NCBI GenBank assembly: GCA_964276515.1
Contig: OZ193910.1
Span: forward strand, 2,666,001 to 2,730,000
DNA: 64,000 nt
Source: Gordius albopunctatus
Lineage: Eukaryota
Direction: 5' to 3'
Positions 51,455 to 64,000 of this stretch are shown here, one piece after another. The notes below the pieces were generated by a model. It was not told the DNA's origin. It saw only the letters and a list, made by a program, of their open reading frames with translations, and did not search any database. Position numbers and translations under genes: made by a program. Each line of letters opens with the position of its first letter. Positions within the stretch are counted from its first letter, which is position 1.

Positions 51455-52500
51455 TTGCTATGCAATTTATGGTCTCGCTTTTTGTTGTCCGTCCGTTGTC
51501 CAACATCTATCTTAATAGCTGGTTCGAATCCCGGAGAGGGCAATTTTTTTAATTAAATTAATATATTTTTCTTGTTAATACCATTGATTATATGACTTTT
51601 TGACTGTTTCCTGGCTACTGACCAATGAAAAAAATCACCACTGGCCAAATTGTGATTCGAAATTTTTTTCCATTTTTTGAATTGCTATATTAGGTTAACA
51701 TTGATAATCCCTATGCATGCCCCCCCCCCTTACAAGGGCCTATGAATCTACTGATATGGGTCCCTGTGCCCCCCCCCCTACAAAGGCTTATGACTCTACT
51801 GATGTGGGTTCGAATCCCGGAGAGGGCAAATTTTATATATTTTTTTTAAATTAATATATTGCTCTTGATAATAACATTGATAATATGACTATTTAACCGT
51901 ATCCTGGCTACTGACCAATGAAAAAAATGACCATTGCCCAAAGTATAAATCGAAATTTTTTTTTCATTTTTTGTATTGCTATAGTAGGTTAACATTCTCC
52001 CCCCTACAAGGGCCTATGCCTCTACTGGTCCCTGTGCCCCCCCCACCCCACAAAGGCTTATGCCTCTACTGATGTGGGTTCTAATCCCGGGGAGTGCGAA
52101 TTTTGTTTATTTTATTTTTTAAATTAATATAATGTTCCTTTTAATAACATTGATAATATAACTTTTTGACCGTGTCCTGGCTACTGACTAATGGAAAAAA
52201 TGACCATTGGCCAAAGTGTATCAAATTTTTTTTCTATATTTTAAATAAGGCTAATTGGCCGTTTGCTGGCTACTGACCAATAATAAAATGACCACTGGCC
52301 AAAGTGAGATTAAAATCAAATTTTTTCTCTAGATTATGATTATTAGCCAATATTTGGCAATCTGCTGGTTACTGACCTCTGCAAAAAAATGACCACTGGC
52401 CAAAGTGAGATTAAAATCGAAGGCTAGTTATTTAGCTGTCTGCGGACCATTAGAAAAAATGACCACTGACGAAAGTGATGGAAAAAATGGCTAATGGCCA
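51455..52500 (+). repeat. Degenerate tandem array (~270-290-bp unit) of the B-box SINE-like repeat
   Basis: GGTTC(G/T)AATCCC at 51521, 51807 and 52077; GCTACTGACC..GACCACTGGCCAAAGTG sub-repeat recurs and decays rightwards. Confidence 0.7.
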
Positions 52501-54190
52501 AGGTCGGATTGGAAAATTTTTCCGCTTTTTAAATATCTTGTTTATACTATACATACGCGCATGATTTGAATAGAGTCTATAGTCATATCAAATTATGGGT
52601 CGCCTACACCAAATTGCTTAAATTTATAAGTATCAAAAAAACTCTAAATTGAAAGTTGTACGTTTTGGAAGGATGACTATTCGCTTTTCCAAGGTCATAC
52701 CCTCTGTTTGTGTTCCTCTCATCATTTTGATTATTTAGAAGCTGATAAATAAGAATGAATGAAAGAAAACCTATTCCTCAATAAATAAAGAATTAATAAT
52801 TGTTTTATAGCAGAAATTTATTTTTTAAATATTTGTATAAATAAATAATAAATTATTTTGCATTTTATACCCCCCCCCCATAAATTGCATAGAAAATATG
52901 CTATGTTTATACGGGGTATAGATGAGCTTCGTTCCCCCTTCCCTCCTGTACCTCCCTCCCCCCTTCCCTTCCCCCCTTCCCCTTCCTACCAGACTCGAAG
53001 GCCTTGGTTCTATTATAATTGCATAGATTGAATTAAAAACTGAATAATATAGTATAATTACCTATTATTCATATTTAAATATAAAATATCTAATCAATGT
53101 CTTAGTTAGCAGTTTTCCCTTAGAGGACCGAACTTATAATATAAAACGAGTAAGAGGAAAAATGACAGTTTAAGAAAATTTTTCCATAGCCATTTGTCAA
53201 GCTTGATAATTAGCTATCCTTTGTTTAATTTGTTTTTCAAAATTCCTCTGAACTCATCCCTTTTTAAGTCTATGTCAATATTATGTTGCCCAATTTTGGA
53301 TCCTCCCTCTTTTGTTTACCTTCGACCCACACATGAGCATGATTTACACTTGCAACGGGCCTTTGGGTCAATCAGCCTGCTCGTTACAGAATATAAACCC
53401 CGGGCATGGTCCGGGCCAATGAATAATAAATTATAGACTCGGTCCGCTAGATGAATGAATGAGTAATAAGAAAAATAGAATCTTATTTCTATTTATAGTT
53501 TAATAGGCATTATATCACTGTAAATTAATTTAAACATCATAAAAACACATCTTTGTTTATACTTTATTATAAACAAAAAATCTATGATTCTGTATTGTGC
53601 TTAGGGAGCTTTGCATATTTTTATGCACGACCCAAACACGCTAGATCATATTATAGCACGTCCCCGGCCCCTTGTTTCCTTTAAAGCGAAAGTTTGCAGG
53701 TATTTTCAATAAATTATGTATTATATATATATTGAAAAATGCATATACTTAAAGAATCTGGTGCAAAATCTACGATAGGCATTATCTAATAAGCATCCCA
53801 AAGTAGACAATAAAACTAAAATTTATAAAATGGTGAAATTATAATATGCAATTAAACTACTTAATAAAAGGATACTATAATTGTTAATTAAAACAAAATA
53901 AGTTATATCAAAATGTATAATAATATTTTATAAATAAATACATATTAACAAATCAATCACTAACTCTAATATCTAACATGTGGGTGTAGAATTGGATTAA
54001 AATGTATGTAGTTACTATTTTGTATACGATTATATAATAAACTAATTTATGGCTTTCATATAACCAAACTGCATAAGTAGTAGTTATATGATAAATAAAA
54101 TACATTAAATCATGTCTTTTAACTAAGCATGCGTGTATATATATTTTTAATATCATATTGAAAATATATAATAAAGGAGGTTATACAGCT

Positions 54191-54452
54191 AGAAATATAT
54201 TGAAATGCTTAAGCTATTATGTTATAACCGATTGCCTAATGAACTAATCGTATATATATAATATAGCTAATTAGAAATTTATATAAAGAGAGGTTAGATA
54301 TATAATTGCTATAGATGTATATAACTACAATCAGAAATATATTAAAATGCATAAGCTATTATGTTATAACCGGTTGCCTAATGAACGATTCGTGTATGTA
54401 TAATATAGCTTATTAGAAATAAAGAGAGGTTAGACATTTAATTGATATAGAT
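54191..54452. repeat. Two-copy tandem duplication (~140-bp period)
   Basis: AGAAATATATT.AAATGC.TAAGCTATTATGTTATAACCG.TTGCCTAATGAAC...AAAGAGAGGTTAGA occurs twice. Confidence 0.75.
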
Positions 54453-55449
54453 TAGTGATGCGGAAAAACCGAAAAAATTCTCGGTCTCATCTCGAAAAAC
54501 GGAGCGAGATTTTTGATGTCGAGAGGAGACGATCCGAGATATTTTCGGCGAGATCTAGACTTTTATTGATCTTAGATTTTAGTGAATTATTGAGTATTTT
54601 AATTTGCATGATTTACTTTTGAGGTATTAAGTGTTAATTAATATGTATGAAATATATTTGGTATTAAAAAATACATAAATGTAGTAAATGTTATATATTT
54701 TTGCAACAAATTACAAAATTTGGCAATCATTTACCTAAGTATGGTTGACCCTTAGGGTATGTGACGAATTTTATAATATATTTATCGCATATTATTCATA
54801 GCATTGTTAAATATTACAATATTTTAGGTTTATAATGAGTTCTGATGGAATAGTAAATATTACTAAAGCATATTTGAATTTTGCAGTTACTCATCCTGTG
54901 ATGCGGTAATTTTAAGATGGTGGTCAATCAATTTGAATAATTATACAAGTTAAGCTAAGAGGGCTCGAGATTTTTCAGCAACGATTTTAAAAGTACAATA
55001 GAGTATTTAATGCCACCGTAATAGATTAAATCATCAGTAGTCTAGAAGTTTTTATGCTTTGACTAATAGTATACCTCCAAAATTTTTAAACCTAATAAGA
55101 CATTATGTGAATACTTAGTTTTACATTATAAGCTGGGTGGAGGTGCATTCAAATTTACTATAATTAGATAATTGTGCGATGCAAAATAAATACACTAACC
55201 TATACTGTATTCGATAAATAACTATTTAATGTCAAAGTTAGTTAGAATTGTAAGGTAATTATTTGGAATATAAATTTGATTATAATGATTTTTGTCATAA
55301 TCGCTCCCAAGATGAGATTTTTGTTTTTGATCAATTTTTAGAAGATTTATCATAGTTTTTTCATTATTTTCCATTAAAAATGAAATACAAGTATATATAT
55401 CGGGGTGCGGCTGCCCAATAAGTGACTTTAAACCGTTATTATACCCTAG

Positions 55450-58400
55450 TCCCCCCTAAGTTAATAATATTCTTCATCGTATCTTCTTGGAGGTTGGCGT
55501 CGTCGCTGCGGTCGTGGACTAATTGCCGTGGTTACTTGTTCTCGTCCTTCTCTCTCGTCATCGGCCCCTATCCAGTTCGTTACATTCCCCCATGCTCTTC
55601 TTAACTGGTCTGCATGCTTCCGCTTTACTCGCCCTTCAGCCCAGATGTCGTAAGACCAATCATTCTTTTTGTGATTCATTACTCCAGCGTGCCAACCTTT
55701 TTCCATTTCATTTTTTACCCACATTCTATCTCCTTCCTCAAAAGTACGATAAAGGGCCTTCCTATCGTGATAGTATTTCTGCTTCCACATATTATCTACT
55801 GTAATCTCTCTACCAGAACGACGTAGTTGGTCCAAGGAGGACCTTATTCTTTATTTGAACATTAATTCACTAGGGGACACGATGGTAGTATTATGGGGAG
55901 TCAGTCTATAAGTCATCAAGACTTGAGCCATCGACTTTTCTTCATTTCGGTTAGTTTTAAAAGTAGCGTAAAACCGCATTTTCAAAGTCTTAATATAAGC
56001 CATTAGATTTTGGATGATATGGGGATGTCCGAACGTGCTTAATTCCATTTGCTCTTGTGAAAATTGCGAATTCTTGTCCTGTAAATTGACCCCCATTGTC
56101 CGTGACTATGACCCTAGGCACTCCTAACCGTGCAAACCATTCCTGCAACGCCTTCATAATTCCACCTGAATGTATCGAATTTAAAATCTTTACTTCTGGC
56201 CATTTCTAATACGCATCCATTAATACTAACAAATACTTTTGGTTAACTGGTCCAGCCAAATCGATATGTACGCGGTCCATTGGCTCCTCCGTAGTAGGCC
56301 ATAAATATAAGAGAGATTCGGCCATATTCGGTCGCGTTTGTTGGCAGCTCTGACAGCTGTGAACAAAATTTTCAATATCATCGTTAATATTTGGCCACCA
56401 ACAATAAAATTTTGCTAGGTCGATCATGCCCGATATACCCGGATGTCCTGTGTGCAGATTCTCGAGCACATCTTGTTTTAAATTTTCTGGGACCACTAAC
56501 CGATTTTGCCATAAGTTATTTTCAACGGATAATTCATTTTTCTTTGGGTAAAATAACTTGCGAATAGTTGCATCGTTGGCGGCTTTGCTCCAATTGCAAC
56601 GAATCATATCAATAACAGAATTTAATCTTGTATCCCTCCTTGTACCTTCCACCAACGTCTTCCTATCAAATTCTAAGTCTTCAATCATGTGTATGTGAAT
56701 GTCTTCACTGACATCTACAAGGGTAGGTAACCGAGATAATGAATCTGCTATTTCGTTCTTATCACCAGATATATACTCAACTTTAAAATCGTATGCTATT
56801 AATTTTGTACTCCATCTTTGTAATCGCAAGTTGCAATTATGGTGATGTCCTTGGCGACCAAATATATATTGTAAAGGTCGGTGATCTGTTCTTAATAGGA
56901 ATGTTCTCCCATATAGGTATTGATGAAATTTATTAACGGCATATATGATACCTAAAGCTTCTTTATCGATAGTGGAATACTCCTTTTCTGCCGAGGTTAA
57001 AACTCTTGATGCATACGCTATGGGCTTTTCTTTCCCATCAGACTCCGCGTGCATTAGTACCGCCCCCAGTCCTGTATCACATGCATCTGTATATAACACT
57101 ATTGGTTTATTTAGTGAATAAGGAACCACGTTATCTTCTTTTGATATTAGGGTCTTTAATTTATCAAAACATTCTTCTTCCCCTTTTCCCCATTCCCATT
57201 TAGAGTCTTTTTTTAGCAGATTGTGTAATATGATGCATTGTGGTTGAAGCATCGGTATAAATCTTCCTAAATAATTTAATAACCCTAAGAATCCTTTGAG
57301 TTCAGATTTGTTTGTTGGTCTTTTGCAGTTCCTTAAGGCCAAAACTTTCTCTTCCGCAGGTTGAATGCCTTTAGAGCTAATTTTATGACCTAAATAGACA
57401 ACGGAATCTTGAAGGAACTTTACTTTACTCGGGGTTGTAGTTATCCCTACTTCTTCAAAACGTTTTAATACTTCTTGTTCATCATTTATTCCCGTTATTA
57501 TAATGTCATCTAGGAATACTGCCGTGTTGGGAATTCCATATAAAAGGTTGCTTATATACCTTTGAAATATTAAAGGGGCAACCTTGATTCCAAATGGAAG
57601 TCTGCGATAACAATATAATCCTATGTGTGTTGCAATTGTAAGTAACTTTGCACTCCGTTCCGACATTTTCAACTGCAAAAATGCGTCTTTTAAATCAATG
57701 ACGGTAAATTTATTACCTCCAATCAATTTTGCTGTAACATCTTCAAACGTAGGCAATGTATCCCCAATATCGTACAAATAATCGTTTAATGTAACTTTGA
57801 AGTCTCCACATATCCTAATTGATTTATCTTTCTTATAACGATTTACGGTAGGTGTGCACCATTGAATTTCAGCATTTAATTCCACTTTTTCGATTACTAC
57901 TTCTTCCAATAGCCTTTTAATCCCTTTTTCAATGGCCTCCCTCATTGGAAAAGGTACCCTACGCGGAGGCAAACTTATAGGCCTATAAGGAGTTTTTAAA
58001 TGTAAATCTACAAAAAAATTGTTTACTATGCCTAATTTTTCTGAAAATACTTTTGGAAATTGATCAATCAAATTGTCTAACCTAATTTGTCGAATATAAA
58101 TGTTTTTTGGCAATTCAAATTTTAGAATTTCAGGTAACCCTAATATTAAGTCACTTTCATTGACTACTATCACATAGATGTCAAAACATTTATCATTAAT
58201 TTGCCCTTTTACTAAACACCTACTTAAGGTTTTGATATTATAATTCCCATAACCTAATATGTTAGGACATGTTGTTAACACGGGCTGACCTATCTCTATC
58301 CAAGTCTGCTTGTCTATTACCGTAGCCTGAGCAGCTGTATCAAACTCAAAATTATAAGGTTTTCCATTTAAATTTGCTCTAACCAACGCTCTCTTGATTT

Positions 58401-59255
58401 TATAAGTTTTAATACATTTAATGTAATTGTTATCATTTCCTCTATTTACATAATTCCCATCTATTTCCTAATTGAAATTCTTAAATTTATAATGAGAATT
58501 ATTTTTATTTAAATAACAAAATCTTGCTATGTGACCTTTTTTCCTGCAATTAAAACATATCAACTCACCGTAGTTATTATTATTATTTTGACCTTTAGTA
58601 ATTTTATTAATATCATTATGTATAACTTTATTCCCCACTTCATTCCTAGCTCTTTCGTAACTTATAGCTAATTCATATACAGTTTTAAATTTTAGCTTTT
58701 CATCCCCATCTTTACCTTCTGGAAACCTAATTCTGATTTCATTTTCTACTCTGCTATTGTCTAAATTCAATAAAAACCCATCTCTTAGCATTTCATCTTT
58801 ATCATCATAATTACATTTTTTTATTAACCCCTTAAGTTTTTGAGCATACTCCTCAATTGAATCTGTACCTCTCCTACAGCTTAAAAAGTTTAATCTATAA
58901 AAAAAATAGAATTTTTACTTTTAAATAATAATTTTAGATTAGTTACTAATTCCTCAAAATTACATTCATTAATAAGCTTAGGGTATACCTTAATCTTTAA
59001 TTTCTTCAGGGTAAGGAGGCCAATGAATGTTATGAGGTATTTCTTTTTGTTCTCCGCCGCGACTTCTTTAATATCCATGGCATTCTCAAATACCATTAGC
59101 CAGTCATCAAGATCAACCTGATCAAGCGCCATTGTATTATTTATTAAGGTATGGAATAATAACGGTAAAACAATCGTAATGTATTTAGAACCAAGGGAAA
59201 CATATGTAACATAGAAATATATATATACACAAGGAACAGTTAACAATATATTACA
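55450..59255 (-). mobile_element. Ty3/Gypsy LTR retrotransposon (Mag-like), decayed
   Basis: gag with CFNCRKKGHIARFC knuckle (frameshifted near 58890); pol 58386-56206 with protease (FDTAA), RT (FLDD), RNase H (TDACDTGLGAVL, TDHRPL) and integrase HHCC. Premature stop DAY*KWPEV and later frameshifts; PPT AGGGGGGA ~55450-55457; candidate 5' LTR 59255-59133; no matching 3' LTR found. Confidence 0.92.
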
Positions 59256-60215
59256 ATTCACAATATATTTAAATACTTGAAAATGTCAGAATAGGTAGAT
59301 TTTGGGCAATAGTATAGCTTGTCACAGAGGCTGGTCCTAAAATTTTTTTAAATTTACAATACATTTAAGTACTTGAGATTGACATCAGAGGTAAATTTTT
59401 GGCAATAGTATAACTTGCACAGAAGCTGGTCCTAAAAAATCGTTGATAAGTTTTGTAATGTTGATTGATTCATATCAAAATTTGTACCATCAATCTTAAC
59501 GCCTTTATATACACATGTTTAAAATTTGAAAGGTTTAAAAATAATACTTTACAAGTTTTAAGAAGTTAAAAACAGGGGTCAAATATACCCCAAGAATGCT
59601 CTCACGTTCAGAATTTTCAGGAATGCTCTCGAGGGTTAAAATATGAAGTTATTTTATTTTAGTGACATAACCTTATATAAGGTATATGAAATAATAATTT
59701 ATAAATAAAAAATATTATTTATATTTGTATGATAGTGTATAATTCTGTATTTGCTTTCAAAATGAATCTTGATTCTAAAAGGATAAATATGAATTATTAA
59801 ACATATAAAACTCACCTAATATAAAAAATTAAACACATACCATAGTCAACCAAAAGTAAGTTGCTCTTGCGGGTCAGAAATTATAATATTAACACGTGAT
59901 TATGAAATCGTTTATTTACGAACAAAGTTTTTTGATTGCGAAAGTACAAATTGGTCTTTTTTTTAGATTGATTAAGAAAATGGAATGTCAGGTCGCTTAT
60001 ACAGTACAATAACTTGGATCGTGTAACAATAGCGGATTTTTTCAGATTAAGAAATTTAAATCTCGCCGTCGCATTATATAGCTAACTCCTTTAGGTGACA
60101 TTTGTGAAATTTTTTTAATTTGTATATTCAGTATAAATAAATAAAATTAAATTTTTTTCTAAATATTGTTAGGAGGATTCTTAGTCAAATGACCTCATTG
60201 CCTTAACTATTTAGA

Positions 60216-61787
60216 ATGGTGGTATGTATTGAATGCGGCGATGAAAACAATTTAGATACTTATAAAGAATTTTCTCCTGGCGTTATTAAACTAACTACAT
60301 GTGTAAAATATATTCAATAAAATTGATTTGTTATACATTTAATAGGTAAAATGCCACAAAGTTGTTGATAAATATATTGAGTATGATTCTACTATAGTTT
60401 TTTTGGATGTTGTTCTATTTAAAGTTCAAGCATATAGGCATATTCTTTTCAACACTAGCATAAAGGTAAAATGTAAAAACGTCCATAATTTTTTTAGAAC
60501 TATTGGAAGTTTTTTATACTTATTACACTCTCTGAATCCTTTCTAAAATATAAGAGATATAAAGAATCAAATTCTTATTGTCATGACAATAAATCTAAGT
60601 TTACAATAGATATGGCGTTTTATATATGTATGCTGCAAAATATTATAAGTAATTAAATATTAATAGTCTTAATTTCCAGGTTCATTTGTTTTTATATTAT
60701 GTGTTTATATTATAATTTATATCTTTGGATTAAAAACTCCTGGTAAACATATTTGGTAAGTGTTTTTATTTTAGATATTGTAAAATCAAATTAGTTTCAA
60801 TGATGTTGCAAGAACCTTAATTATCTCATCTTATGGAAAACTATTTAGTTTAATATCTCTACCATGGGTCAATACACATGATGTTGTTCATTCATATCTT
60901 GTATATGCCCTAATATTTTCCTCAGATACTTTAGCTCTACACAGTATTTAACTTATTTTTATTTAATAATTTAGTTATTTATTTACACTAGTTTACAATT
61001 AACATTATGCAGAATTTTAAAAAAACATTAATCATTAATAGAGCTCTTCATAGACCACCCAAAGCTCAAATAAAAATTACTAAAATAATTGTAGCTCTTA
61101 GTGGTATGGGGCTTTAGAGGTTTTATCAAGGCTCAAATTAAAGCCATCCAACTAATCATTTAAAATTTTCAAAATAATTCACCATTTCTGAAATACAAAA
61201 AATTATGCTTACAACTGTTTTGAACTCCAGCCCCTCTTCCCTGCACAAAATAATTATTTGAATAAAATTGTTTATTTAGCAAACAGTTTTTAAACAACTA
61301 ATTTAAAAATGGCTTAAATTTTTAAGTTTTATTATTTTCCCCTGATGCATGCTCATCACAAATTTTATAAATTGGCATTTTGTAAAATTTTATTAGTTTC
61401 TAAATAGAAATGAAAGTCCTCGTTTGATTACAAATTTTCTGTAGAAAATTTTACCCTATAAATTATTGTCGCATTCTAACAAAAAAATGAGTAGTTTAAA
61501 AAATTTTTGCTAAAATTTACTAAGCATAAACTTGATAATATATTTAATTTTAATAAATTTTTGTTTTGCACTATATGTCTGATTTTAAATTAAAATGTCT
61601 AGAGCATTTTCAAAAAGTGGGGAGGAATTCATATGCATTTTAACTTCGATTTAAAATAATTTTAGTTCGTTATCAAATGCAACCACTCTTAGCCATTTTA
61701 GCGGTGCTCTTAGCCTTCGCAGTGACACATTACCTAGAAAATTATTTCAACCTGCACATAAGCTATGACCTGGGCAGTTACAAATAA
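60216..61787 (+). CDS. ARV1: Protein ARV1 (ER sterol/GPI biosynthesis factor), multi-exon
   Basis: MVVCIECG..YKEFSPGVIKLTTC-VKCHKVVDKYIEYD..FLDVVLFKVQAYRHILFN is the Arv1 homology domain; later exons give LIISSYGKLF and TM segments; stop at 61785-61787. Confidence 0.9.
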
Positions 61788-62102
61788 AAGACGTATTCAA
61801 ATGCATTGTTTTGAGTGTTCACACTATCAAATATCTATATAAATATATAGCTATATTATATATGTGTGTGTTGTGTGTGTGTTTGATGATGTAAAAGAAC
61901 AAAAATAAATAAAAGTTTCCACGTACCATAAATAAATAATTTCGTATTGCAGGTATAATAACGTATCTAAAAATGCTTTTTAAAAAACGTAAACGAAGTA
62001 GAAACATTTTGATCATTAAAAAGGTTTTAAGTGAAAGCTTGGTCCAAGTTTAAATTGAGACGCAGTTTTTCACACAACGCAGGTTCAAATGGTAAAAAGG
62101 TT

Positions 62103-63441
62103 TCATCTAAAATATAAATTGTTTATAAAAAAATGATTTAAGTTATAAAAATTGTATTTACTTTTTATTTTGAGGCGTCTTCTGGGTAGCGTTAAGCACC
62201 TTATAGTTTCTGCACGCTTGATGATAGCCTTGCGAGCGTGTAGCGTGTTAGTCATATACCCGTTTTTGAGGTTGTGTTTGGCATCTTTGTCTAAATCTTC
62301 GAAAAACTCTGGCGAATTTAACAAATTACATTATAAAATTCACGTCATTGATAATTATCGTTTGGTAAAATTTCTTACATCCCGTAGGAAGGTAAAATAC
62401 AAATTGGCAGTAAAAAAGGTAAAATTGTTCTATATAATTTAATAAACTAAAACCTATTAAATTTATCAGATAAAAAGCTAATAAACATATCAAAATTTTT
62501 CTATTTAGTAATAACCTTAAAAAATTATTAAATAAAAATTTTAACTAAGAATAAATATGATGAGGGAAAGGTAAACTTTTCAATTTTTGAACGTTAGAAA
62601 TCATGTCATCTTTGTAGGCGGAGCTTAGGCACAAATCACGATCCATTATCAGGCTATCTAATTGATTCAGCGAAGTCTCGGCCAGCACCAATTTTTGCCT
62701 AGCTTCAAGCCTCGCCAATATTTCTTCCTATACATTTAATTTTTGAATTGAAATATTAAAAAATGTTCAAAACTATATTATAGTGCTGTAAAAAGACCGG
62801 GGTTTCCTTTAGTCCACCTTTAATGCTAGTCGATTGATTAAGCAACAAGTTTTGGCCTGCTTTTGTTGAATCGGCCCTTAGTTTTAATTGAACCGAAGGT
62901 AGACTAAACAAAATCCAGATCTTTGCCAAACACACTACCATATTTTCATATGTGATTAGGTTAGATTGAAAGATGACTTTTTACATTTTTAAGTCAATCT
63001 GACTAGGGAAAAAACTATTAATCCTCCCCTAAAATAAGAATGTGGTAATGCATTTTCACTGTTACTTTTAATTCTTGTTCAGCTATAAATTTTTGCTGCC
63101 AAAGCTCTTTCAAGCACATAACCAATTCGTGGGCTTGATTGGTGTACATTTCCTTTTCTTGATTTAGGAGGTACGAGGTGTTTTGGTTTTCTCGCAATCT
63201 AAAATTCCCCCACAAAAATGTTAAAACTTTGCAGGTTATTTTCATTTTAAAATTACATTAATTCGCTACTGGCTTTTTCCTTGGTTAGAAAATCAATTTT
63301 ATTTTCCACAATCTTTAAGCTGGATTGCAGCCCATTAACGATGGCCGAAAGGGACTGATTCTCCTTAGTTTGCTTATCGCCCCCATCAACTTCCCGACGC
63401 TTGAGTTCTTGCAAGATGTGCCATTTTTCTTGCGTTAAGGT
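62103..63441 (-). CDS. 3' exons of an unidentified coiled-coil protein gene continuing beyond the window; 3' end uncertain
   Basis: Several open E/K/Q/L-rich segments bounded by AG/GT, e.g. TLTQEKWHILQELKRRE..LKIVENKIDFLTKEK, QAHELVMCLKELWQQKFIAEQELK, EEILARLEARQKLVLAETSLNQLD. Confidence 0.6.
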
Positions 63442-63562
63442 CTGCACACACACACACACACACACAAATTAGGAAATTTTATGTTTGATAACGTTCATAG
63501 AAAAACAAAAATGGACATTCATATCAAAGTTATCATTGAATTTCATAAAACCGTATTACTAC

Positions 63563-64000
63563 TAGAGATGCACCGATACCACTATTTTATGCCGATACCG
63601 ATACCAGCCGATACTTAAGATTTTTTTGCCGATACCGATACCATGCCGATACTTATAATAAAAAAATTTTTTATACTAAAAAATATATGCAAATTAAATA
63701 TTATAAATTAAGTCACATCCAAATTTTGGTAGATCAGAATTTTGACGATAAAACAATTGTAATTATAATTTATAATAATAAATTTTGTTATTAAAATGTT
63801 TCCTTAAATTTGAAGTATTAAAGGAATGTTTGTTTTTGCCCCCACGACTTATTTTAGCTTTGCATAATTCACAGATTACAAATTTTTCATCTGCTGACAC
63901 AACAAAATAACTCCATAGTGTATCTATATCTAAAGAATCCATCTAAGGCTTAATATATAATAATTTTTAAAATAAAACAATATTTACTTAAAAGCGCAGT
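63563..64000 (-). mobile_element. hAT element end with truncated BED-zinc-finger transposase remnant; runs off the window
   Basis: Terminus TAGAGATGCACCGATACC with CCGATA subterminal repeats; minus ORF 63942-63763 MDSLDIDTLWSYFVVSADEKFVICELCKAKISRGGKNKHSFNTSNLRKHF..* is a BED finger lacking the rest of the transposase. Confidence 0.8.

Overview
AT-rich eukaryotic (invertebrate animal-like) genomic DNA. Many GT-AG introns are only 28-55 nt, and the larger introns are filled with transposon debris. Spliced genes recognised by hand translation: CABIN1 (+, ~1.1-21 kb), ARMT1/DUF89 (+), PIGF (+), seipin/BSCL2 (-), RTRAF/C14orf166 (-), ARV1 (+) and a partial unidentified coiled-coil gene (-). There are two tRNA genes: Pro-TGG, and Thr-TGT inside seipin intron 1. 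Mobile DNA includes several MITE families with 8-bp TSDs, a non-autonomous Helitron, a foldback element with minisatellite arms, RTE- and CRE-like LINE fragments, a decayed Ty3/Gypsy element and a hAT end with a BED finger. The most unusual structure is a 3.55-kb Mutator-like element (43542-47091, 9-bp TSD) inserted in codons 4-6 of RTRAF. It separates the native ATG from the gene, but its own terminus supplies a new in-frame ATG. It also carries a 14-exon double-FLYWCH gene whose middle is built from a 133-bp tandem repeat, each unit being one 55-nt intron plus one 78-nt frame-preserving exon. Family assignments come from remembered motifs, not database searches.
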